IMG/VR virus record: IMGVR_UViG_3300005758_000103
Location: 1-35,863 of that record
Length of the DNA stretch: 35,863 bases
Source of the DNA: a virus
Lineage: Duplodnaviria; Caudoviricetes
Direction: 5' to 3' (one strand)
A program made the position numbers and the translations under genes. The notes under the pieces were generated by a model. That model was not told the origin of the DNA. It made no database searches and was given only the letters and a program-made list of their open reading frames with translations. Shown piece after piece: positions 26,985 to 35,237 of this stretch; the stretch's first letter is position 1; every line of letters begins with the position of its first letter.

Positions 26985-27193
26985 TTCGTCTGCTCCTTCG
27001 CTGCTCGCTTGGCAATCTTGAATCGGTCGGGAAGCTCCGCGACCTTGTGAGTCTTGGCGCAGTTCTGACACACCGGGTTGTTTGTGCGCTTGTGCCAGTA
27101 GACCGTCCGGCGGTTGCAGAAGTGGCATTGCTCGTATATGTCCCACTCGCCAATCATCTCGTCCGGTTCCTTCTCTACAGGAATTGCCATCAC
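26981..27193 (-). CDS. Small zinc-finger protein
   Basis: CHFC...CQNC. Confidence 0.65.
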   Translation of the reverse strand: MMAIPVEKEPDEMIGEWDIYEQCHFCNRRTVYWHKRTNNPVCQNCAKTHKVAELPDRFKIAKRAAKEQTK

Positions 27194-27858
27194 TCCCCCT
27201 CCTTCTCGGCGGCGAGGGCGGCCCTGATTTGAGACAGAATCACCTGCGCCTCTCTCGTTTCCATATCGGTGAACTTCTGCACGTTGATGGTGCGCTCTAT
27301 CTGGTGCTCCAGAGCGTCACACGCTTGAGAGGCAGCCTCCCGCATCCTCCCCTCCCGCTCCCGGCTCTCGGCAAGTCGCTCCGATGCCGCACGGTTTGCA
27401 TCGACCATCGAGCGGTATGCCTTGTTGGTTTCGGCAAGCTGGGCCATGAGGCTGTCGCGTTCAGCAGTCACGTTTGTCAGGACTTCGCTCGCCGTCGCAA
27501 AGAGTTCGCGCTCATTTGTAAGCCGCGCCTCCAACTCCGCCACACGGCCGGCGTCGGGGGTGGGGTGAGTGTAGAGGGGAACCCACTGCTCAGAGTTACG
27601 GCGCACCGGCTCGATGACGGAGTGGTGAATCGGCCCTTCGTACAGGCCATCAGAACGCGGCCGGTAATAGAACACCGCCTCACCGCGCTCCTGGGGCTGG
27701 CGGGCGGCTTCCAGGCGAGAAGCCAGCGCCCTCAGCCGGTCATACTCCGCCTTCACTTCCGGCTCCGGCCATTCCTCGCCGATCGTGTGCCCGGCCCGCA
27801 GCTCAGCAGCTAACTGGCGAAGCTCTGCCGCTGCCTGGGTAATATCGTCGTGCATCAT
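27190..27858 (-). CDS. Hypothetical coiled-coil early protein
   Basis: 222 aa; WVPLYTHP motif followed by heptads; GAGGAG SD. Confidence 0.7.
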   Translation of the reverse strand: MMHDDITQAAAELRQLAAELRAGHTIGEEWPEPEVKAEYDRLRALASRLEAARQPQERGEAVFYYRPRSDGLYEGPIHHSVIEPVRRNSEQWVPLYTHPTPDAGRVAELEARLTNERELFATASEVLTNVTAERDSLMAQLAETNKAYRSMVDANRAASERLAESREREGRMREAASQACDALEHQIERTINVQKFTDMETREAQVILSQIRAALAAEKEGE

Positions 27859-27865
27859 CCTCTCC

Positions 27866-28225
27866 TCACGCCGCCTGCTTCGGCAGCAGCTCGTCCACCT
27901 TCACCATGCGCCACAGCGCCTTGCCGCCGACCTTCATCACCTGCTCGCACAGGCCGCGCGCCTTGAAGTTCTGGAGGTACACGCCAGCCATGGAGGCGCT
28001 CTTGCCGCCCATGCGCTGGCCGACCTCGGCGGAGGTGAGCACAGCCTCGCCCATCAGCATCCAGAAGCGCTGGTAGGTCGCCACCAGGCGCGGGTCCATG
28101 CCCTCGGGCGCCTCGATGCCCAGCGCATCCAGGACGGTGGCGTGGGGCACTTCGAACTTCTCGGCGATCACGCGGATGGGGATGCCCTCGGTGAAGAGGG
28201 CGCGCATCAGTTCGTTGTCAGTCAC
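27866..28225 (-). CDS. HTH / winged-helix DNA-binding protein
   Basis: GIPIRVIAEKFEVPHATVLDAL HTH plus a second winged-helix-like segment. Confidence 0.65.
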   Translation of the reverse strand: MTDNELMRALFTEGIPIRVIAEKFEVPHATVLDALGIEAPEGMDPRLVATYQRFWMLMGEAVLTSAEVGQRMGGKSASMAGVYLQNFKARGLCEQVMKVGGKALWRMVKVDELLPKQAA

Positions 28226-28602
28226 GGCTGCACCTCCTCAGCTTTCGGGCCAACCAGCATCGACGGCGGCATGGGCAGGCCATTGCCTTCAGTCGGGCGC
28301 CACAGGTGCAGGCAGTGCGGGTGGCAGTTGACGTACTCGCTGGCGGCCGGGTGGAACTGCACCACCCAGTCCTCAGCGTCCCAGAACATCGCCTTGATGG
28401 CGCACATCTCCTTCCAGGTCGGGCAGCGGCGGGCGGTCAGCGGGGACACAGAGACGTGCTCCCATCCCATGCCGTCGCTGGCGATGACCATGAACTTCTC
28501 GGTGTTCACCTTGACGGTGAAGGCGCCGTTGCAGCCAAAGCTGGCATCGCTTTTCAGCCGCCCGGAGCGGATTCGCAGGTGCTCGGGAACTTTCATGGTC
28601 AC
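28222..28602 (-). CDS. Conserved phage protein (GWEHVSVS / PTW.EMC family)
   Basis: GWEHVSVS...CPTWKEMCAIKAMFW...EYVNCHPHCLHLWRP. Confidence 0.8.
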   Translation of the reverse strand: MTMKVPEHLRIRSGRLKSDASFGCNGAFTVKVNTEKFMVIASDGMGWEHVSVSPLTARRCPTWKEMCAIKAMFWDAEDWVVQFHPAASEYVNCHPHCLHLWRPTEGNGLPMPPSMLVGPKAEEVQP

Positions 28603-29174
28603 GGCTGCACCCTCCGGAACTCGACCACCCACTTTCCTTCAATGGCGGCTTTCTGTTCATCACTTCGATAGTCGGCAGTCCTTGCCTGCTTCTTCTCATT
28701 GCAGGTTCGGCACAGCGGCTGGACGTTTGTTGGGTGATGCCAGCCGCCCTTCGAGATAGGGACGATGTGGTCTACCTGGATGTTCTCGCCAGATCCGCAG
28801 AAAAGGCAGAGGGGTCCGAGCATTGCCATCGCTGATTGGATGTCTGCCTCAGAGGAGATGATGGGGGAATTGGCTTGCATGGCACGGCGCCTTGCCTCGC
28901 TAGCACGATTGGACCTGCGGCGCGCATCTGGATTGCGGGTTGCCACCGCTACCTTGGAGTGGCAAGGCTGACATTCAGAGGTCAGGCCGCTAGGCGTCCT
29001 CTTGCTCTTGTGGAAAGCATCGGCAGGTAACCATTGGCTGCACCCAGGGCACTGCCAGTGCTCTACTCCATCAATTACCTGTGAAGGCTTGCGCTTCTTT
29101 CCGCTGCTCACCAGAGAGGCGGAACGCTTTGCAATGTGCTCGGGGCTGAACTTTTTTCCCTTTGGCCACGGCAT
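28599..29174 (-). CDS. Free-standing HNH homing endonuclease with NUMOD3-like N-terminus
   Basis: KGKKFSPEHIAKRS; CPGC..ECQPC; CLFCG...VDHIVPISKGGWHHPTNVQPLCRTCN; less GC-biased codons than neighbours. Confidence 0.88.
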   Translation of the reverse strand: MPWPKGKKFSPEHIAKRSASLVSSGKKRKPSQVIDGVEHWQCPGCSQWLPADAFHKSKRTPSGLTSECQPCHSKVAVATRNPDARRRSNRASEARRRAMQANSPIISSEADIQSAMAMLGPLCLFCGSGENIQVDHIVPISKGGWHHPTNVQPLCRTCNEKKQARTADYRSDEQKAAIEGKWVVEFRRVQP

Positions 29175-29752
29175 CAGGAAACCCTCCGGAAGGTAATGCA
29201 CCATACCCAAGGATTCGCGGCCCAACTGCCAGCGCCGTTGATGGATTCCCACAGCCAGCGGTAGTGCTCATACGGCGTGGCGTTGTAGCCGTAGCCAGGG
29301 ATCGCGCCGTGGCCGCCGGGGCAGCCTTCGGCGATACATTCGGCATCGCTGATGTCCTGCAGGCGCTCGACGCGGACGCTGACGATCTCCAGCACCAGGC
29401 GGCAGGCCCAGCGCGGCATGTGGATCGACGGCCGCCACCGGCTCGGCGCGCTGCGCTCCCAGTCGGCGCGGAACACCGCCGCATCATGGTCGTCGTCGGG
29501 GCGCAGCACCTGGTGGACGCCAGTGCTTGCCCGGTAGGCCGTGCGCGGCACGATGGCATGCGCCTCGCGCACCCAGAGGTGGTCGCCGGGCTTGCCGTAG
29601 GGGCAGCGGAACGGTTGCTTGCTGCCACAGTTAGCGCCGGCCGGCATGTGCAGTGCGATCTCGGGCTTCACCACCCGCCGGGTCTGCGTCTTCTGTCCCG
29701 ACAGCAAGGCTCGCACCATCGGGTCGCTGAAAAGGATCGGCTTTTCCATCAT
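29174..29752 (-). CDS. ASCH/PUA-like phage protein
   Basis: PILFSDPMVRALLSGQKTQTRR, CPYGKPGDHLWVRE, WRPSIHMPRWA, VERLQDIS, NPWVW. Confidence 0.85.
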   Translation of the reverse strand: MMEKPILFSDPMVRALLSGQKTQTRRVVKPEIALHMPAGANCGSKQPFRCPYGKPGDHLWVREAHAIVPRTAYRASTGVHQVLRPDDDHDAAVFRADWERSAPSRWRPSIHMPRWACRLVLEIVSVRVERLQDISDAECIAEGCPGGHGAIPGYGYNATPYEHYRWLWESINGAGSWAANPWVWCITFRRVS

Positions 29753-31644
29753 TCCCCCTTCAGCACGTCAGGCAGCCAGCGCTTCCCGGCCAGCATCTGC
29801 TCGGCACGGCCCGCCAAAGCGTCCTTGCCCTTCAGCTTCGACAGCGCCTGCACCTGGGCGTCATCGCAGGCGTCCGCCACCGTCGCCTCGATCTGCGCCA
29901 CCGTGATGTGGTCGAACCAGCTTTTGCGGGTCGGCTCCCACCAGTCGGCCATGTCGATCTCCAGCGCGTCGATAACCATCGCGCCATCGTGGTGACCGGA
30001 GCTCAGGTCGGTGGTGGTGTCCAGCTGGTAGGCCGTGCACAGCGCCAGGACGCGCAGGACGCGCTCCATCGGCTGCTCCTGCATCCAGTCCAGAATTTCC
30101 AGGGCATCGCACTCGCCGCCGTAGGGCAGCATCTCGGTGATGGCCTTCTCTGCAGCCTGAAGGGTGGCGGCTGCCTTTGAGTCGGAGACTTCCTCGGCAT
30201 GCTTGGCCGGGTTCACATGGCGCACCACCGTCTGGAGCATGCTGTCGTGCTGACCCCAGATGTTGCTGACCATATGCGCAGCCAGCACCCGGACAGCCTG
30301 ATCCGGGTTGGTCGCCAGCACGGCCTGGCCGGCGGCGGTGCGCTGTGCAGTAAGGCGATTGATCAGGGAGCGAGGCAGGGCGGTGGATGCGGGCGCCGGG
30401 GCCTCGTCCTCGTCGTCGTCATCCTCGACTGCAGCCCTGGCGGCGGCCTTGTCCTCTGCGGTGCGCAGCTGGTGCAGCTTCACCCAGAGCTGGCCGTCGT
30501 CATTGATCGTGACCACGGCACCAGCGCGGCGGGCGTCCGGGCCGACCGGGAAGCGCAGGGTCTCCTCGAAGGCCTCGACGGCTTCCTCGGCGGCGATGCG
30601 CTGGGCTTCCAGCTCGTCGGCCGCATCGTAGTATTCCTCGTCGGTCAGCCGGTCCTGCTCCTTGCTGATCTTCTCCAGGGCGGCGCGCAGCTTCTTCAGC
30701 GTCATGGCCTCGCCGGCGCGGGGCTCCTGGTCGGAGGTCTTGCAGGTGCGGTACTGGCTCGACAGGCCCCAGTTCCAGCGCAGGTGCACGTCCACCCACT
30801 TCACGCCCTCGCGCTTCGCCAGCTTGTCGGCCTCGACCTGCAGCTTCGCCAGCGCCAGGCGCTCCAGCAGCGCGGAGTCCAGCAGCCAGCACTCGCCTTC
30901 GTCCGAGAACAGGTCGCGGCGCACCGGCCCGCCGGCGGCCTCGTAGGCCTCCAGGGTCACGAACTTCACCAGCGCGTGGGTGCTCGGGGTGTCGCCGTCG
31001 CCTGCGATCAGGCGCTTGATGTCGTCGGCGTCCTGCCAGTCGCGGCCCTTGACCTGCTGCCACACCTCCAGCTGCACGGCATGGTCGTCGGTCAGGGCCA
31101 TGGCCTGCAGCTTCTCCAAGGTGACCTCACCGTCGCGGTAGGCGTCGAGCAGGGCCGGGGCGACGTTCGCCAGCGCGAGGCGGCGCTGCACCGTGACCTC
31201 GGAGACCCCGAAGGCGTCAGCGATCTCAGCGGGGCTCATGCTGTCGGCCATGGCCTTGAAGGCGACGATCTGGTCCGCCGGGTTCATGGCCTCGCGCACC
31301 ACGTTCTCGGCGAGGCTGACGGAGGTCGCGTCATTGCGGTCGACCATGCGTACCGGCACCTGGTAGTCGGCCGGCAGGTGGCCCTCGTCGATCAGCTGCT
31401 TAATGGCGCGCAGGCGGCGGTTGCCGGCCACGACCTCGAAGCGCACGACCTCATAGTTCGGGTGGCCCTTGTCGATGGCATAGGCCGACAGGTTCTGCAG
31501 CAGGCCGTGGGCACGGATGGAGGCGGCGAGCTCGTCGATGCTCTGGCCGCCGGTCTTGCGCACGTTCTTTTCGCTGGAGACCAGCATGGACACAGGGACC
31601 ATGCGGATCATCTCGGGGGTGCTCGGGAAGATGGGTGCGTTCAT
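29749..31644 (-). CDS. Long ParB/RepB/Spo0J-family protein (plasmid/ICE type, 631 aa)
   Basis: NVRK...ELAASIRAHGLLQNL...VVAGNRRLRA (GxRR), SLAENVVRE, HTH EIADAFGVSEVTVQRRL, YEAAGGPVRRDLF, DMADWWEPT, RWLPDVL. Confidence 0.9.
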   Translation of the reverse strand: MNAPIFPSTPEMIRMVPVSMLVSSEKNVRKTGGQSIDELAASIRAHGLLQNLSAYAIDKGHPNYEVVRFEVVAGNRRLRAIKQLIDEGHLPADYQVPVRMVDRNDATSVSLAENVVREAMNPADQIVAFKAMADSMSPAEIADAFGVSEVTVQRRLALANVAPALLDAYRDGEVTLEKLQAMALTDDHAVQLEVWQQVKGRDWQDADDIKRLIAGDGDTPSTHALVKFVTLEAYEAAGGPVRRDLFSDEGECWLLDSALLERLALAKLQVEADKLAKREGVKWVDVHLRWNWGLSSQYRTCKTSDQEPRAGEAMTLKKLRAALEKISKEQDRLTDEEYYDAADELEAQRIAAEEAVEAFEETLRFPVGPDARRAGAVVTINDDGQLWVKLHQLRTAEDKAAARAAVEDDDDEDEAPAPASTALPRSLINRLTAQRTAAGQAVLATNPDQAVRVLAAHMVSNIWGQHDSMLQTVVRHVNPAKHAEEVSDSKAAATLQAAEKAITEMLPYGGECDALEILDWMQEQPMERVLRVLALCTAYQLDTTTDLSSGHHDGAMVIDALEIDMADWWEPTRKSWFDHITVAQIEATVADACDDAQVQALSKLKGKDALAGRAEQMLAGKRWLPDVLKGE

Positions 31645-31646
31645 GG

Positions 31647-32267
31647 TCAGGCGGCCTCGATTTCCAGGGCTTTCTCGATCTCGTCGCAGAGCGTCAGCAG
31701 CTTCTTGAGCTGGTGCGCCGGCAGGCCGCGGCCGCGCAGGTAGTCGCGGGCCTCGTTCAGCTTGTGCAGGTTCTCGACGTTGCGGATCGTGGTCTCCATG
31801 CGCTGCATCCACTCCGCCGGGGCTTCGACCTGGCGGGCCGCGACGTCATGCGTCGTGCTGTCGGCGTCGTTGTCGCCCTCGGTGGGGATGCAGAAGGCCT
31901 GCATGGCGGCGTACTTGTAGGCGGCGGACATCGCCTTGTTGGTGGCCTTGTCGGCGCTGTCCATGGCCTCGCCGTAGGTGCGGATCGTGTGGGTGCTGCC
32001 GTCCTCCGACGCCACCAGGTCGAACTCCGCCTCGACGGTGACGTAGAACAGGACGCCGCCCTTCTGGGTGGTGCGCTCCTCGATGGTGCGGGACAGGATG
32101 CGGGGCAGCATCACCAGCCCGTGGCGGGACAGGACGCTGGACAGCGCGTTGTAGACATCGTCGATGCCGCGGAACGCATAGTTCTGCTGGGTGTTCTTGC
32201 GGCTCTTGCTGATGCCCTCGGCGGCGAGGTCGCGCATCACGGCGTTAATCGACTGGTACACTTTCAT
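31647..32267 (-). CDS. erf: ERF-family ssDNA annealing protein
   Basis: ISKSRKNTQQNYAFRGIDDV, GEAMDSADKATNKAMSAAYKYA, FCIPTEGDNDAD. Confidence 0.88.
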   Translation of the reverse strand: MKVYQSINAVMRDLAAEGISKSRKNTQQNYAFRGIDDVYNALSSVLSRHGLVMLPRILSRTIEERTTQKGGVLFYVTVEAEFDLVASEDGSTHTIRTYGEAMDSADKATNKAMSAAYKYAAMQAFCIPTEGDNDADSTTHDVAARQVEAPAEWMQRMETTIRNVENLHKLNEARDYLRGRGLPAHQLKKLLTLCDEIEKALEIEAA

Positions 32268-32358
32268 CTTCGTTCTCCCGGGATTCGGCCAGTTCGGCCA
32301 TCATTGCTTCGTATTCCTGCTGCTCTAGCTGCAGCTGGTGGAACTCGTCAGCTTCCAT
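32245..32358 (-). CDS. Small acidic protein (37 aa)
   Basis: MEADEFHQLQLEQQEYEAMMAELAESRENEDESVPVD; GGAGG SD; fills the gap. Confidence 0.55.
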   Translation of the reverse strand: MEADEFHQLQLEQQEYEAMMAELAESRENEDESVPVD

Positions 32359-32557
32359 TTGCGGCCTCCGTTGCGGTCCAGGTGGACAGCGTCAGGCAGG
32401 CCTTGCCGCGGCGCTGCTCCTGCCACACGCCGTCCTGGATGCGCTCGAAGCGCTCCTTGGGCAGCACGGGCTCCTTGTGGGCGCGGATCCGCATGGTTTC
32501 GCGGCGCACCTGCTCTCCCTGGGCGTTCCACTCGATGACCATCAGGCGCACGTTCAT
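32348..32557 (-). CDS. Hypothetical protein (69 aa)
   Basis: MNVRLMVIEWNAQGEQVRRE...; GGAGG SD; TGATG overlap. Confidence 0.65.
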   Translation of the reverse strand: MNVRLMVIEWNAQGEQVRRETMRIRAHKEPVLPKERFERIQDGVWQEQRRGKACLTLSTWTATEAANGS

Positions 32558-32661
32558 CAGGCAGCCCTCCGGTCGTCGATGTAGAGAGCGATCAGGCCGA
32601 TGGCCCCGGAGACCAGGAACGCCGGCCAGTGCATCGGGATGGCGCTGTAGAGTTCGATCAC
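32557..32661 (-). CDS. Small membrane peptide (34 aa)
   Basis: MIELYSAIPMHWPAFLVSGAIGLIALYIDDRRAA; overlaps both neighbours. Confidence 0.5.
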   Translation of the reverse strand: MIELYSAIPMHWPAFLVSGAIGLIALYIDDRRAA

Positions 32662-33233
32662 GCGGCACCGTCCAGCAGCCGGGTCTCGGCGGCGGCTTCG
32701 CGGGCAGCGTCAGCGGCGTCCTGCAGGGTCTCGGGGTCGATGTCGTCGGCACCGGCCGTGTAGGCGCGGGTGGCCTCGTCCAGGTCGTCGCCGTAGTCGG
32801 TGTTGTCGTCGGTCAGGTGGTCGCGGTCGTCGTCGTGGTCCCAGCCGTGGCCGTGCCGACGCTCGTTGGTGTAGGTGCTCTCAGCATCAGCCTGCTCAGC
32901 CTGTTGGCGCGAGAAGGCGGCATCGATCTCGGCATCCGTCACCGGCCGGAAGCTGGTGCGGGCAGCGCGCAGTTCCAGCTCGAGGTCGTGCAGGCCCAGC
33001 ACGGAGCAGGCGGTCTCCAGCCCCATCGCGTAGCCGATCTTGCCGACGGCGTGGAGGTCGTTGACGGCAGCCAGGTCCGGGGTCCGCTCGCGCAGCTTGG
33101 CAGCGGCATCCTGGTGCATGTGGTGGTCGCGGATGGCCGCGCCGTGGAAGCGCTTGATCTGGCTGATGCTTAGTTCGACGTGAGCGTCGGACTTGAAGCT
33201 GCGGATCTGGGCGGTGATCTGGTCCAGGTTCAT
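32658..33233 (-). CDS. Hypothetical early protein with acidic C-terminal half
   Basis: 191 aa; D/E-rich tail; GAGGG SD. Confidence 0.7.
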   Translation of the reverse strand: MNLDQITAQIRSFKSDAHVELSISQIKRFHGAAIRDHHMHQDAAAKLRERTPDLAAVNDLHAVGKIGYAMGLETACSVLGLHDLELELRAARTSFRPVTDAEIDAAFSRQQAEQADAESTYTNERRHGHGWDHDDDRDHLTDDNTDYGDDLDEATRAYTAGADDIDPETLQDAADAAREAAAETRLLDGAA

Positions 33234-33243
33234 GGCTGTTCCC

Positions 33244-33546
33244 TCAGTTGGAGGCGGAGTAGGAGATGCGGCCCAGGCGGCGCTCGATGTCGCGGTGAGC
33301 GGCGGCCAGGCGGGGGGTGGTGGCGGCCAGGACGCGGGCGCGGGCCTCGGCTTCCAGATGCTCGCGGTACGCCTCGACGTGGGCCGTCATCGAGAACGGG
33401 CGGACGCCGGTGAGCTCGGCTTCCAGGTCGGCGGCCCGGTTGAACAGGTCGGCGGCCCAAGCGCGCTGGGCCGGGGAGTCGGACATGGCCAGCTCATTGG
33501 CCTGCTGGCGGAGCTGGTCTATCTGGTCGCGGGTGGCGGTTGTCAT
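33244..33546 (-). CDS. Hypothetical protein, first gene of the leftward early operon
   Basis: Helical, about 100 aa; alternative start at 33558. Confidence 0.65.
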   Translation of the reverse strand: MTTATRDQIDQLRQQANELAMSDSPAQRAWAADLFNRAADLEAELTGVRPFSMTAHVEAYREHLEAEARARVLAATTPRLAAAHRDIERRLGRISYSASN

Positions 33547-33568
33547 GGCGGCTTGCATCTGTTGTTTC

Positions 33569-33671
33569 GATGCGCCAATAACAACATACGTTATTTATTG
33601 TCGTCAACAACGCCTGTTGTTGTTTCGAGCAAATGTTGTGCTGCGCCGACGAACGGCACGACATATGTAGT
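33569..33671 (-). promoter_or_regulatory. PL/OL-like region with 14-bp ACAAC-N4-GTTGT operators
   Basis: ACAACATACGTTAT 33581, ACAACGCCTGTTGT 33607, CGAGCAAATGTTGT 33626, ACGACATATGTAGT 33658; TTGACG on the - strand. Confidence 0.75.
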
Positions 33672-33695
33672 CGGATCAGGCGGATTCAGCGCATG

Positions 33696-33718
33696 AAAAA
33701 GCCCGCACTTGGCGGGCT
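33696..33718 (-). terminator. Terminator of the cI-lipoprotein operon
   Basis: AAAAA-GCCCGC-acttg-GCGGGC on + (T-tract on -). Confidence 0.8.
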
Positions 33719-33733
33719 CTTAGGGCTTCGGCG

Positions 33734-34057
33734 TTATTTACACTTGCCTGTGTACACCATGCTGTAGAAGCGCCCGCTCTCTTCCTGGTGCTTCTCGGTC
33801 ACGACCAGGTCATACCCCTTCATGCAGAACTGCCGGCGGCCCAGTTGCTCCGCCAGCGCCTGCTCATGGAGAGCCCGCAGGCCGGGGTCGTCCAGGCTGG
33901 CCTTGCCGCCTACGTTGAAGGTGAAGCCTTGGGTGCCATCCTGGCTCACGGTGGGGGTCAGGCGCGCGAACGCCATGGGGCCGTAGCCGGAGTCGCCAAG
34001 GGCGGCGCAGCCGGCTAGCGCCAGGGCTGCTATTGCGGGAATTACGTAGAGCTTCAT
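33734..34057 (-). CDS. Lipoprotein co-transcribed with cI
   Basis: MKLYVIPAIAALALAG|C lipobox; ATGA overlap with the cI stop; GGAGG SD. Confidence 0.8.
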   Translation of the reverse strand: MKLYVIPAIAALALAGCAALGDSGYGPMAFARLTPTVSQDGTQGFTFNVGGKASLDDPGLRALHEQALAEQLGRRQFCMKGYDLVVTEKHQEESGRFYSMVYTGKCK

Positions 34058-34824
34058 CGGCCCCTCCATTTGCGTATCGGCGGGGACCAGGTCCACACCC
34101 ATCCAAGAATCTTGATCCGCTGAGCTTCCTCCCCGGAGTACGTCTCGTCGGGGTGCTCCTCGTGGTTGAAGCTCCGGAGCCTGAGTCCGCCGCCAGGCAG
34201 CCGGTAGACGTATTTCACCCGCAGCATGCCGTCATGGTCCAGTGCGTATATCTCGCCGTCCACGATCTGGGTCTTGCCTCGGTCGATTCCCACTAGGCTG
34301 CCATCCTGGATCAGGGGCTCCATCGAGTTGCCGGTGGCCTTTCCGCAGGCGGCATTGTGAGGATCGACGCCGGCGGCCCGGAGGCTGGAGCGCCCGTACC
34401 GCACGCGCCGGCCGTTGATCTCGAGGCCGTGCATGGCGCCAGAGCCGGCGGCGAACTCCACCTCTTTGTAGAAGGGGACCTCGACCTCGTCGTCATCCAC
34501 AGGGGTGTCGTCATCCCACACCGCTGCCGGCTGGATCAGCGAGCCACCGCCTCTGGCATAGGGCGGATCGTCGCCATCGGTGTCAGGTAGGGCATGCCCT
34601 GGCGGCTCGTCCATCTCCCCGTCGCCAGTTAGCAGCCATTCCAGCCTCACTTGCAGCGCCTTTGCCAGCGCCCAGGCGTACTGGGTGCGGCCGCTGTCCC
34701 GGGTCTCAAGTGCGTGGATCGTCGCCTGCCCGGATCCGGGAGGCATGCCTGCGACCTCCGCCAGCTGCTGCTGAGTCATCCCTCGCAGTTTCCGCGCCTG
34801 CTCGACTCGCTTACCAAGGGCCAT
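34054..34824 (-). CDS. cI: CI-like repressor (XRE HTH + S24 peptidase)
   Basis: LGKRVEQARKLRGMTQQQLAE...LAKALQVRLEWLLTGDG; AAGSG cleavage region; GNSMEP; LRVKY. Start uncertain (ATG 34824 or TTG 34836). Confidence 0.95.
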   Translation of the reverse strand: MALGKRVEQARKLRGMTQQQLAEVAGMPPGSGQATIHALETRDSGRTQYAWALAKALQVRLEWLLTGDGEMDEPPGHALPDTDGDDPPYARGGGSLIQPAAVWDDDTPVDDDEVEVPFYKEVEFAAGSGAMHGLEINGRRVRYGRSSLRAAGVDPHNAACGKATGNSMEPLIQDGSLVGIDRGKTQIVDGEIYALDHDGMLRVKYVYRLPGGGLRLRSFNHEEHPDETYSGEEAQRIKILGWVWTWSPPIRKWRGR

Positions 34825-34857
34825 TTCCAGCTCCAAACCGACGAATGGCGGTACTAA

Positions 34858-34942
34858 ACCCCATTTGTTGTCTTATTTCTAACAACCAAGGTTCTTAAAT
34901 GCGTTGACAACAAAAAACAACGTATGTCGTAATGTGCGCATC
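34858..34942 (+). promoter_or_regulatory. OR/PR region with three 14-bp operators
   Basis: ACCCCATTTGTTGT 34858, ACAACCAAGGTTCT 34882, ACAACGTATGTCGT 34917; TTGACA at 34904. Confidence 0.78.
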
Positions 34943-34955
34943 TCAGGAGGATGCG

Positions 34956-35225
34956 ATGAACGACTCACCCCTTTCCAAGGCCGTCGAACTTCTCGGCGGC
35001 CAGACCCAGCTGGCAGCCGCAGCCACCGCCTGCGGATCCCGCAAGGTGGAGCAGTCCCATGTCTGGAACTGGCTCAACCGCGACTCCAAGGTCCCGGGCG
35101 AGTACGCCATCGCCGTTGCCAAGGCCACCGGCTTCCGCGTGACGCCGCACGACCTGCGCCCCGATCTGTACCCGAACCAGAAGGATGGCATCCCGCCGCG
35201 GTTCCGTCTGCCGAAGGCTTCGTAA
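34956..35225 (+). CDS. cro: Cro-like (YdaS family) regulator
   Basis: AVELLGGQTQLA...QSHVWNWLN...VTPHDLRPDLY; AGGAGG SD; divergent from cI. Confidence 0.9.
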   Translation: MNDSPLSKAVELLGGQTQLAAAATACGSRKVEQSHVWNWLNRDSKVPGEYAIAVAKATGFRVTPHDLRPDLYPNQKDGIPPRFRLPKAS

Positions 35226-35237
35226 AGCCCTGTGTTG

